DNA from: Octopus sinensis
Taxonomy: Eukaryota
DNA: 64,000 bases
Reading direction: 5' to 3'
Assembly: GCF_006345805.1 (NCBI RefSeq)
Contig: NC_042999.1
Coordinates: forward strand, 135,966,001-136,030,000
Shown: piece after piece, positions 1 through 12,413 of the stretch
How positions within the stretch are numbered: position 1 is the first letter of the stretch
Layout: each line of letters starts with the position of its first letter
The notes under the pieces: model-generated
Told to the model about the DNA's origin: nothing
What the model saw: the letters and a program-made list of their open reading frames with translations, nothing else
The model's database searches: none
Position numbers and translations under genes: made by a program

Positions 1-844
1 GTATTATCTTTACTTGGAAATGAGTTGGGGTTGGTGACGGGAAGAGCATCCAACATCTGGTCATAGAAAATCTACTTCAATAAACTCTGTTAAAATGATA
101 ATGATGATGATGATGACACACACACACACGCACACACTCACACTCATACATACAGGCATATATTTGTCTGAAGCTGATGATTCACCCCATCACTACTCTG
201 AGTTTCTTGCTTTTGCACATGAAAGCACAAACACAGACTTCTCTCTCTTGTGCACCTCATTTGATTCCTTTTATACCCAGTTTTCCTCTCAGTTCATTTG
301 TGCTTCAGCATTCATGCACACTAACATTACACATCCAGTGAAGCATGCTTGCTTCACATCGCTCCTGCCTCTGCATTCAATACCTATGATTCACTACCAC
401 GCAGTATCGCTCTATGTATAATGGAACATACAATCTCCTCTTGACTGAGAAAGAGAGAAAGAAAAGACTGGTAGGTAAATAGATAAATAGATAGATAGAT
501 AGATAGATAGATAGAGAGAAAGACACACAGAGAGTCCTATAGCTGTAAGTTCTTATATTCATTTTCATTTTATTTTGTGAAATATTATGCTATTTTATTC
601 TTTCACATGTTTCAGTCATTTGACTGTAACCATGCTGGAGCACTGCCTTAATGTTATAAAATCTTCAAAAATATTGTTGCAGATCCCCGATCTAGGCACT
701 GACTAAATTTCATTGTATATATTTTGACACTCTATAACAGTTGTGGTGGTCTCCATTGTTTAGCGACAAGGATTCAATTGCTCAATCAACTGAATTATTA
801 GCTCCTGAATTAACATGCAAGTGGCTGAGTATTCCACAAAGCAC

Positions 845-1062
845 CAATCGATCGTGGCCGATGCCAGACTCCCCTGGCACCTGTGCAGGTGGCACGTAAA
901 AAAGCACCCACTATACCTGCAGAGTGGTTGGCGTTAGGAAGGGCATCCAGCTGTAGAAACACTGCCAGATCAGACTGGAACCTTGTGCAGCCCCTGGCTT
1001 CCCAGACCCCGGTCGAACCGTCCAACCCATGCTAGCGTGGAAAACGGACGATGATGATGATG
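845..1062 (+). mobile_element. RTE LINE 3'-end fragment
   Basis: Near-identical to 60670-60897. Other fragments at about 6790-7080 (-), 14250-14642, 37340-37457 (-), 39237-39332 (-), 48838-49055, 53428-53570 (-), 53919-54058 and 63917-64000 (-). Confidence 0.8.
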
Positions 1063-4000
1063 AATCAGCATGTCAGTCTGCACTTTTTAAATTAGAAGTG
1101 CAATTCATTCAACGGATTCCTGTACAGTTTCCGTCTACTTAAATTCACACACAAGGTGCAGAATGACCAAAGGCTCAAAATTCACAGCCTTATAGTGGGA
1201 CCAAACTTCTTAGCCATTTGGTTATAATTGTACTTTCAGTTTGTAGTATATGCTGGTCATCTCCAAAGTTTGAGAAAGATGATTTCACAATTTCTTGCTG
1301 TACAACCGGCACTGATAATTCGTTTATAGTGGTCAAATGTTTTTGCTGTACATCATCTCACTCTTTCCATCAAATCAACAGTGCCTGTACAGGTACATAG
1401 TGTGCCATACATCAGACGTTGCAGGGATTGCAGAGCAATGTGAAATGAAGTGTAACATCTTAACCATTTGGTCATCTAACCTCACATATCCTTTATCTTT
1501 TACTCGCTTCAATCATTAGTCTGTGGCCATGCTGGGGCACCACCTTAAAGAATTTTAGTCAAGCAAATTGATCCTAGTACTTATATTTTTTTCAAGCCAG
1601 GTACCGATTCTGTCAGTCTCTTTTGCCAAATCACTAGGTTATGGGGATGTAAACACACCAACACCAGTTGTCAAGAGGATGTGTGGGACAAACAGAAACA
1701 CACATGCACACATACATGTATTCAATGGGCTTCTTTTGGATTCTGTCTACCAAATCCACTCACAAGGTTTTGGTCAGCCTGAGGTTATAGTAGAAGATAG
1801 TTGTCTAAGGTGCCATGTAGTAGGGCAGAACCTAAAAGAGAGGCAATCTTCTTACCACACAGCCACACCTAAAAAAAACCCAAACTAAATATAATGGCCT
1901 TTGTGTATTTCAAACAGTTACTGTGTAGCCTTGATGACATAATATTTCAGTTTTAACATGCAATGAATTTGAAGCCATTTATCAAACACACAACTTTCAA
2001 ATTCTTTTCTTTTTTTCTTTTTTTTACTGGTTTCAGTCATTGGAATGCAGCAATGATGGGGAATCACCTTTAAGAGTTGTACCTGATTATACACACTCTG
2101 ATATCTATTTGAACCTGATCCTTCTTTCATTCATATTAATCTGTCAAACTACTAGGTTATGGAACATAAAGGAGCACCACATGCACATGCTGACTGTTGT
2201 GCTTTTGTGTATGTTGTTCTTTATTATACACAAACATGTATGCATATGTACACGTGCATACGTGCACACACACACTCACAAATTCACACAAACAAACATG
2301 TTAAAAGATAACCATTGGTAGAAGAAGAACGCCATCAGCAACTCCAGAGGTGTTGTAAAGTTCAGAGAAGCAGATGTCCAAGTAATAACAGTAGAAGAAA
2401 GTACATTATCTACAGAATTTTCTTTGGATTTTTCAAGGAGAGAATATTGTGCCTACTTTCAGTGTCATAATATCTGTATAATAATCTGCTTGTTCATTCA
2501 CCTGTTATACTGTAGTAGTTAGAGAGGGGGAGGAGGAGTGAGTGAGAGGTGGAGTAAAAATATGAGAGAAAGGGGAAGGAATGTGAGTAGAGAAGAAAGA
2601 AGTCAGAAGTATAATAATACACTAAGGTCAAATACATCATGTGGTTAGTTGAGGAGAGGCAAAGAAAGAGAGAAAAAGATGGTGAGAGAAAAGAGGGAAA
2701 GAGAAGTGTTAACGATGAGCTATATGGTGGGGAGGGAAAGGTAAAGAGAAAGAGATATGTTTAAGATACAATATTAAGCAGAGGGTGATGTTCTAGTGAG
2801 GTTAAAGAAAGGTAGATAGAGAGAGGTGGACAGGGTAGGTTGAGTGAGAGAGAGAGAGAGAGACAGAGAGAGCATTTGTATTGTCATAGTAGAGATACTT
2901 GACAGCATGGTGCAATGGCCCAGTGATTAGGGCAGTGGATCGCAGTCGGAGGATGCGGTTTCGATTCCCAGTGGGTGTTGTGTGTTATAGAAAAACCTAA
3001 AGCTCCACGAGCTCTAGAGTGGTGGTGAACTGAGACTTTTGAAATCTTTCTTTGTTTATGTCCCGAATTCCTATGAGCCTTGACATGATATCCGTCAATG
3101 CTCTCGTGTGGTTGACTGCTTTGTGGGTACGAATAGAAAGGAACGTTGATTCTTACAGAGGCATGATCTTGCGAGCTCTGGACGAGATGCTCACTAACAT
3201 TGACAGCAATTAAAACTTCAGTTGAACTGAACTGAAAGAGTTTTGTACTTAAACTATAGTGATGATGGTGTGTGATAGTGAAAGGAGTTTTTTTTTATTG
3301 ACTAAATCTATATTTTATTTCTACCTGTTTATTCACACTTTATGTTTTAGTTTGTTAGAGAGGAGGAGGTGGAGAGAGAGAGAGGAAGAGGGAATGTGAG
3401 AGTGAGTGAGAGGAAGAGGGAATGTGAGATAGCCAGCCGATGCATTATGCTGTCACTCATGTGGTTAGAGGAAGTGAGAAGTGAAGAGAAAGAGAGAAAT
3501 GTTAAAGACATGATGAAGGGAATTACATGGTTAAAAAGTTTGTTGAAGCGGTAGAGAGAAATAGAGAAATATAAAGTGCTTAGCAGAGGGAAATTTAAAG
3601 TTATATAATATATCATTGCGACTGGAAGTGAAATAACTTAGCAAAATAAAAATTAAAATGCAAATCATCCTTTCCTTCTTAAATAGCTTCTCTTAATCAT
3701 TTTCATTATGTGGAATATCCATGGGTCCCACTAGTAGAATTATATTGCCAACCTGGATATATGTTATGTATAGGCTGAAAATTATATCTCATGTATGAGA
3801 TAAGCTTCTGCATAGTTTCTGTTTATCACAAGCTATTGGTCAACCCAATGTGATGGTGGGAAACATTTACCCAAGATTTTGTGCAGTGGGATCAAGTGTG
3901 AAACCATGTAGTTAGAAAGTAATCTTCTTAAACCTACAAACATATTCATTATATAATTATTTCTACCCTGCGCTCTCTGTTATGCAACTTTTCTTGTATG

Positions 4001-5276
4001 TATGTACATATGCATAAAGTATACTGAGGATTATTATTAAATAGGCAAATCAATATTTTTATATTTTATGGCAAATCCTAAATAATTTAAGCCTCATATT
4101 TCACTAATATCTTTTGCTTTATCGCCAAGGATTGTTTAATTAACTCTTGAAATGTTAAATAATGAAATTTAGATATGGCTATTTCAGCACAAATTTAAGA
4201 GAAATGGAGACAGTTGTTATTTAAGACATAATAAAAGGATATTTTGGAGGAAACGAGAAAAGAAGGGAAGTTTGAAGGACTGATAGGCTTAAAATGAGGA
4301 AAATAAGATAAAGCAAGTATTGAAATGAAGCAGGTAGATGATTACATCTCTATTCATGATAGGAACATATTTCTAAACCAAATGGATAAACAAATAAGTA
4401 AATAATATAGATTGCTTCTAAAAATAAAGAAAAAAGGTCCATGCTTGAAAGGATAATGATAAATGGTTGAGTTGACTTTCATTTATTTCTGGTTCTTGGA
4501 TTATCAATTCTAGAAGAATAAAGGGAATAAGTGACAGTGGGATTTGAAATGAGGAAAAGGAGATATCAAATTAGCTGCAGTAATACAACAGGTTTGGTAT
4601 GTATGTGATTCTTTTATCTTTTATTTGTCTCAGTCATTTAACTGTGGCTATACTGAAGAACTACCTCAAGGGTTTTTAGTCAAATGAATTGACCCCAGTA
4701 CTTATTTTTTAAGCTTAGTACTTATTTTATTGGTTTCTTTTACCAAACTGCTGAGTTACAAGGACATAAACACACCAACACCGGTTGCCAGGCAGTGATG
4801 GAGAGACAAACACATACACTAAGAGAGACACACACACACACACACAGATATACATATGAGTTTCTTTCAGTTTCTATCTACCAATTCCACTCACAAGGCT
4901 TTGGTTGGCCTGAGGCTATAGTAGAAGACACTTGTCCAAGGTGCCACGCAGTAGGACTGAACCCAGAACCACGTGGTTCTCAAAGACAGGAACAGACTAT
5001 CTGAACTAGAAAGTTTTTTGCATGGTAGAGCTTTCTTTTTACTAATTTAGATCACTAGACTAATAAAAACACATACAGACAATAGTAAGAACTAGAATAA
5101 AGCAAAACTACTAATATTGAAAAAGTCTGCATACAACTAAACTAAAGGAATACTATAGATGACTATAGTGTATGTGTATGTATGTATGTATGTATGTATG
5201 TATGTATGTATGTATGTGTGTATGTATGTGTGTGTGTGTGTATATGCATGCATATGTGTGTATGTATGTGTGTGTA

Positions 5277-5320
<44 letters not shown>

Positions 5321-8300
5321 GGTGTGTGAATGTATGTGTATATATTTACAATTATGTACATAGCTGTATTGTAGCAAGTAGACTTTAAGACTCAATTTTC
5401 TTGTCTTCATTAAAACAGCATAGAAACAACCAGTTCCAGTATAACCGTTTGCCAACAACTTGACCCTATGTTTCTCGTTATCCTTCAAATGCCAAATAAT
5501 TTTATGAAAATCCCATTTTTCACCTGCCTTCTCTAAACAACAAAATCATTATCAATATGATAGACAATGGTAGCTGGTCTAACATAGTCACTTCATAGCG
5601 CTTTCTTGCCAAGATGCTATGATATTCAGAATAATCAAATTGATCCATCAAAATTTATTTGCAATAAAGATGTCAGTAAAAGAAAGGCATTAGCAATCCA
5701 AATGATTTGCTGCAAAGCAAATCATAATAATATAGAGATAAAATTTCATTTGCTATTGGAGTCTTTTCTTTGAGGTTCACTTGTAATGATGTGAATGGAC
5801 TGAGGTTTACATAACAGGACAACAACTGACAGCTATTGTATATAAGCTAATATAAATAAACCTCATTTATATAAGACAAAACAACCAGAAATAAAACAGA
5901 TACTGAAAACTAAATTAATGCATAGAAGTACATTATAATACACCTGCGTGTGCATATCTGGACTGTTTCCCAGTAATGTGAGTGTGTGTGTGTGTGTGCG
6001 TGCACATACACAAAGATATATATTTATATATATATATCTATCATGGAAAATGGATGATAAAAGATGATGATGATATATGCATACATATATTATGCACAAC
6101 ACAACACACCTCACTGTGGGTTAAATAAAAAGTAAACAGGTTCTATTGATATACAGGAAAAAGATGGAATAAGTTTCCTTATGAATTGTTAACCACTCTG
6201 CAGTAAAGACATACTTGGCTTCCATCCTCAATCAATAGTGTAATACATTAGCTGCAATTTAAGGCAGTCATAAATTAGACTAGCACCTTGGTGAATAGCT
6301 GAATTTGCATATTTGTGCTTTTGGTGTTTCTTTATGAATTAAAGCAATACTTTTTTCATACAAAGCAGTGTATATCACAGGAAATGAAATAAATTTAAGC
6401 ATTACAAAGCCTTGGTGTGTGAGACAGCCTGACACCAAGCCAGAAAGGATATCTCTACATAATGGAGACAAACTTTTTGTTAGGTTACTGTATGCACTGT
6501 ATAATTAGTGAGACAGTATAATTGGTGAGTTACTGTATAATCAGCCCATACATGGATGGCAAAGTCTTGTAAGACAAGTACAAAGAAAGGGAGCTCATAT
6601 GTTCTATGAGTAATATATTATTTCTTTAAGCTGTCTCAACCAGTTTGCCATAGATGGAGGGTAAACTCAAACCTCTGTTGGATCAAATAATATAATTTGT
6701 TTTTACCTATACTCCTTAATATATTGTTCTTTTATTTCTCTTCCAATCTTTCACCATATTATTTTCTCTCCTCTTCGAGCCTACTCCACAATGCATAAAC
6801 TTAGCCTCTCAGGCCCCACATCAAGTTCCATAGCCTGTTTTGGCATGGTATCTACAGCTTGATGCCCTTCCTAATGCCAACCACTTTACAGAGCATACTG
6901 GGTGCCATCATCAGTGCTTTTTATGTGGCACCATCACCAGTGCTTTTTATGTGGCACCATCACTAGTGTTTTTTATGTAGCACCAGAACCCACATCAATA
7001 CTTTTTTATGTGGAACCTTGATTTTAGGATATCAAATTTGTAATGGTGAGTGTGTCTTCTTGAGTACAGAGTCCTCTGTTATCTCTCTTGGTCCTCTGTC
7101 ATCTCATTTATCATCAACTTAAATTAAATAGTTGTCTATTCTATATCTTATCTCTCTTCTTTAAGAAATGTCTGCTCATATTTAATCTTCAGTAACGTTA
7201 ACACATCTAAGAGAATAAACTACTGAAACACAAAACTCAGACATAGATTTACATAATTTATTTTAGTTTCTATGTGTTGATATAACAAACCAGCTACCCC
7301 TACCAATTTGAATGTGATTACTCACGAAAGTTCCTGAGAGAACTTCTCAATATGCTATTCAACGCTGTGGAGACAGTCAGCTAGAATATCTCTACATAAC
7401 AAAAACAAACTTTTTTCCAAGTCACATCAGATCACCTTGTCCTCAAACCATTTAGTAACTAAAGCCTGCCTGCATCCTTATGTTGAGGAAATTTATGAGC
7501 AAGACATGAACTCTGCAAGCCAAATCACAGGTTACCAGCCTCAGAGGGCAGCAAATCTGTGTAAGAACTGACAGAAAGTATAGAGGATTTATTAGACTTC
7601 CATGCATGGGATAGCCTCGAGATACATAACTGACCAGGCTATCAGATATCATTACACATCGCTGGTCACAGTGCATATTTGCATTGTTTTAGCCGTCAAA
7701 TGACACCATCCTGCTGGCTAGGTAAGCAGGCCAACATTCCCCACTGACTGAAATGGGGACTGGAGCAACGTGAAATGAAGTGGTTTGCTCAAGAACACAA
7801 CGTGTTGCCACTCTGGGAATCGAGCCTATGATCTAGTGATTGTGAGTGTAACAGCCTAACTACTTACCATGTGCTTTCATGGTGCATTTAGTGTACTCTA
7901 TAAAGTGGTTGGTGACATGAAAGGCATCTAGTCATAAAAACTAAGCTAAAATATGGGAAGCACATAAGAGAGGTAGACTCTGCAAACCACATTACAAACT
8001 GCCTGCCTAGGAAGATAGTGGCAGGGAATAAGAAATGATTTAGTGCAGAGGGGATTCTTTACTACTCTTTTCTTTGTATCTTTACTGTTCCAAAATAGAA
8101 CAATCTCTCTAGTGTTAATGGTATGATAAAAAATGCCTTTTCACTGCTGCTGAGTGTATGCAAGACGATATGGACTGTAACAACTGATGTAACCTGTCCA
8201 GACCATGCCAGTATGGAAAAATAGACATAAAATAGTGATGATGATGTTGTTGTTGTTGTTGTCGATGATAATGATAATAATATATGCTTATTTGGAGTTG

Positions 8301-8393
8301 ATGAGTCACCATTTGTACACATAAATGTCCACACTCATATAATCCTATAAGATCATAAACAGTGATTCCAGATGAAAATTAAATATGTGTGTG

Positions 8394-8429
<36 letters not shown>

Positions 8430-9516
8430 GACATACAGATAGACAAACAGACCAAGATGAAACCATTAGCTATGCAACTAATATGATGATAATAGTTATT
8501 ATATATAGTACTACTGATGATTATCAAATGAACTGTTGCTACATATACAGTTATTTTTTTGTTTTTAATGTATAACAGTAAGAAGTATTTGACCATTATT
8601 GCACAATAGGATACTATTAAAGCTCTAACTATGCAGTTTCTTATGGAAAAACTAGTCTCATTCTCTTCCATTTCTTAGTTTTTTTCTTTCTATTGATTAT
8701 CAAAGGAAATTATTTAGTCATGATTCAAGTTATCTTTATACTGATTGTAATATTTTTCTAATGGACAATTTCTACCTCTCTTTTAGTATTTACCAATACC
8801 TATAAGAGAATCAATCAATTCTGTACATGAAGATGATTCAATGCATAGAATATCTTTATATATATTGATATCAAAGTTAATCTGTTCTTAAAAACCAACA
8901 AGAAAAGATTACTCTAAACCATAAATCAATAGCAAAAGAAAATTTTAAAAGCACTTTTGTTGCTTCATGTCAGCAATGTTTTAGAGAGAATTATCTATCT
9001 TTATATATTATCACGATAAGCAAGTAGTCTGAGGAATTACCATACATAATTCAACAGTTAGGACAGAGAATTAACATAAAAATAACTGTTTTGCAGTTCA
9101 TTTCTTATTTATATAATTCAACTTTATGTATTTGTATTAGAAAAGGATTTGTTTCTAAGTCTTGGTCAAAATGCCAGCAAGCCAGTTTGATTCAACAAAT
9201 GTCGAATTCAATAAAAGAAAACGGGACATTACAAATATAATAAAAAACAGAAATAAAAACAAAAGCAAGCAAACAGTAAACAAACAAGATTCAATAATTT
9301 CAATGAAGAACCATAACAAAAACTGGTTGCAGAGTTATCTAATTATCTGAAACAATTAAAATTGTGAATGTGTATAAATTTAAAGTAATGGTTAAAAGGT
9401 GACATCTTTATGAAGCCATTTTATTTTGTTTTTATTCTTCAGAGGCCAATAGGTGTACTCAACTCTATTACTGTCCCTACAATAAATAAGTACTAAAAAA
9501 ATAAATGGCCAATATG

Positions 9517-9575
<59 letters not shown>

Positions 9576-11517
9576 TGATGATGATGATTATGGCAATGAC
9601 AATGATAATGATGGGTGTGATAGTGGTGATGATGATGACGTTGATGATGATGCTGATAATGACAACAATGCTGAAGATGGTAATACTTATACTATTGCTA
9701 ACAATAATACTAATCCTTTCTACTACAAGTGCAAGGCCTTGGTGGGAGGGGACTAGTCTACAGCAACCTCAGTGTTTCACTGGTGCCTAATTTATTGATC
9801 GCAAAAGGATGCTAATGATTCTGCCAGCTCACCACCTTCTTAATAATAATAATAATAATAATAATAATTTCAATTTTTTTCCACAAGGGCAGCTTGAGGG
9901 AGGTGGGGAAGAGTTGGTTATATCGATCTTGGTGTTCAACTGGTACTTATTTTATCAACCCTGAAAGGATGAAAGGCAAAGTTGACCATGACTGAGTTTG
10001 AACTCAGAACGTAGCAACAGGTGAAATACCACTAAGAATTTCATCCAGTATGTTAACAGTTCTGCCAGCACACCACCTTAATATTAATAAGAATAATAAT
10101 GATTATAATCGTAGTGATAGCAGGGAGAGGAGGAGAAAAAGAAGAAGAAGGATGGTAGTGGTAGTGATAGTTGGGATGAGGAGGAAGTGAACAACAACAA
10201 CGACAACAGCAACACCTGATGCATAATTAACAACTCTAGTTTTGAGTGATGCTGAAAAGAAAATGTAGTAGTAGTGGTGGTGGTGGCACTGATGGTGGCA
10301 AGGGGTCAGCAAATAGGTTAGAATGATTAGAATAATCTGCCTTCACAAAAGAGAAGGAAAAACAAGGCCAGTAATTCTAAAGCTTTAACTGATTGAGAAG
10401 TTCAAGATAATTTCTCTGAGGGTCTACTTAAGGAACTTATAACATTACAAAAGCAAAACCCCAGATGTTTCTCTCAACTCAATATGTACTTGAATTAAAA
10501 TGAATATATTGGCAATAGTAAATGAGAAAGCCAATGACCTCCACTATTTTGATAACACTGAATATGTCAGATCCTACAGTTTATTTCAATCGAGTCACAC
10601 ACACTAAACAAGCTTGTGTTTCTCATATTTTCTGGTGCCAAATTTATTAGACACTGATGTCTTTTTATATGTTGGATTTTACCGTGCTAATGTATCATGA
10701 ATTGAATTGATATGAAAATTTGAAAATGGCCATTTATATGAGATTCTGTTTCATGAGATTGATAAAAATGGAAGTGACTTGCTCCTATTTATCATCGTTT
10801 ATCCAAGTCAGCTTATAAACTGTATGTGTGTGTGTGTGTGTGTGTGCGTGTGTTTATGTGTGTGAATATATCATTGTTAATTCATATATATTTGTGTAGA
10901 AAAAGATATGTGTGCATGTATGGATATGAATTGATATATATATATATATAGTTCAAATTTATAGAAAAATAAAAGATGACAGGTGTAGGCACAACAAGCA
11001 AGTATATTAGTTTGACACTCAGTAAAAATGAAAAAAACTTTTACGTTTCGAACCTATGCTCTTTGACTGAAAGGAATAAGAGGAAATAAATAGAGAGAGA
11101 ATGAAAAAAAAAATGTGTAGAGTTCAGCAGTCTAGCATGGAGAATGATTGGGAAAAAAAGAGGTTGAATGAAAGTGAGATAATAATGTTGATCCCAACAA
11201 GCTAAGGTGTGCAAATGTGTGTGTGTATGTGAGAATGGTGAGTGTAAGTATGTATGTGTGAATAGGGGCGAGTGAGTTGGATGTGTATATTTGTGTGCAT
11301 GTGTAATGTGCACATGTTTGTATGTAGCAGTTGATAGGTGCTTTTTCATGTGATGTATGCACATGTGTATGTGTGTGTCCATGTGACCAAATAGTATGCA
11401 TGTGTATATATAGTCTGCATTCAGGTATCATATGCTTGAGTGGGTGTGGGAGTATATGTTGTCTGTGTTCAGGTATTATGTGCTTGCATGGGTATGGGAG
11501 TGAATATATACAAAGTG

Positions 11518-11703
11518 CAGGCATAGCTGTGTGGTAAGAAGCTTGCTTCCCAACCACATGGTTCTGAGTTCAGTCCCACTGCATGGCACCTTGGGCAAGT
11601 ATCTTCTACTATAACCTCAGGCCAACCAAAGCATTGTGAATGGATTTGGTAGATGGAAACTGAAAGAAGCTCATGTATATATATATGCATGTATGTATGT
11701 ACA

Positions 11704-11763
<60 letters not shown>

Positions 11764-12010
11764 CATGTATGTATTTATGTGTGTATATATATATATGTTT
11801 GTGCACATATCTTTTTGTCTGGTCCTCCCTCCACAGCTTGACATCTGGTATTGGTGTGTTTACATCCCCTTAGCTTAGTGGTTTAGAGAAAGAGACCAAT
11901 AGAATAAGTACTAAGCTAGAAAAAAAATCTTTTAAGTACTGGGGTTGATTCATTTGACTAAAGATTTTTCAAGGTGGTGCCCCAGTATGGCCACAGTCTA
12001 ATGACTGAAA
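11518..12010 (+). mobile_element. tRNA-derived CORE-type SINE with an internal microsatellite
   Basis: gctgtgtggtaagaagcttgcttcccaaccacatggttctgagttcagtcccact...ccttgggcaagt. Homologous copies at about 1490-1870, 4615-4980, 31395-31840, 36450-36815 and 58690-58955 (minus) and 38590-38740 (plus). Confidence 0.8.
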
Positions 12011-12180
12011 AAAAATATAAATATATATATATATAAATGGATAGGTTTAAGAGACAGAATCACCCTCAAACAATCATCATTGAATGACATTATCCACAAT
12101 AGGTACAAATAGGACTAAATATTAAAATTATCAAAATTAATACCTATAATTCTTATTCCAAATTATCAAAATTAATACCT

Positions 12181-12413
12181 ATTTCTTTATTACCCACAAG
12201 GGACTAAACATAGAGGGGACAAACAAGGACAGACATAGGTATTAAGTCGATTACATCGACTCCAGTGCGTAACAGGTACTTAATTTATCGACCCCGAAAG
12301 GATGAAAGGTAAAGTCGACCTTGGCGGAATTTGAACTCACAACGTAACGGCAGACGAAATACCGTTAAGCATTTCGCCCGATGTGCTAACGATTCTGCCA
12401 GCTCTCCGCCTTT
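12181..12413 (-). mobile_element. tRNA-derived Meta/MESC-type SINE, well preserved
   Basis: Head aaggcggagagctggcagaatcgttagc...gagttcaaattcc (A/B boxes). Central cctttcatcctttcggggtcgataaattaagtacc. TSD ATTATCAAAATTAATACCT on both sides. Older copies near 9715-10080, 17920-18050, 27095-27240, 34693-34910, 44210-44420 and 44950-45150. Confidence 0.85.

Noticed and set aside
5137-5388. ORFs rich in YI/HT/CV/MY (also at 11.6, 13.8, 38, 43.9 and 59.3-59.9 kb)
   Set aside because: They are translations of (TA), (CA) and (CATA) microsatellites.
5350-5540. Minus-strand open frame EKAGEKWDFHKIIWHLKDNEKHRVKLLANG
   Set aside because: No recognisable homology and no convincing donor site; the frame runs into a microsatellite.
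9505-9790. Poly-Asn/Asp and poly-Met ORFs
   Set aside because: (AAT)n/(GAT)n microsatellite adjoining SINE tails.
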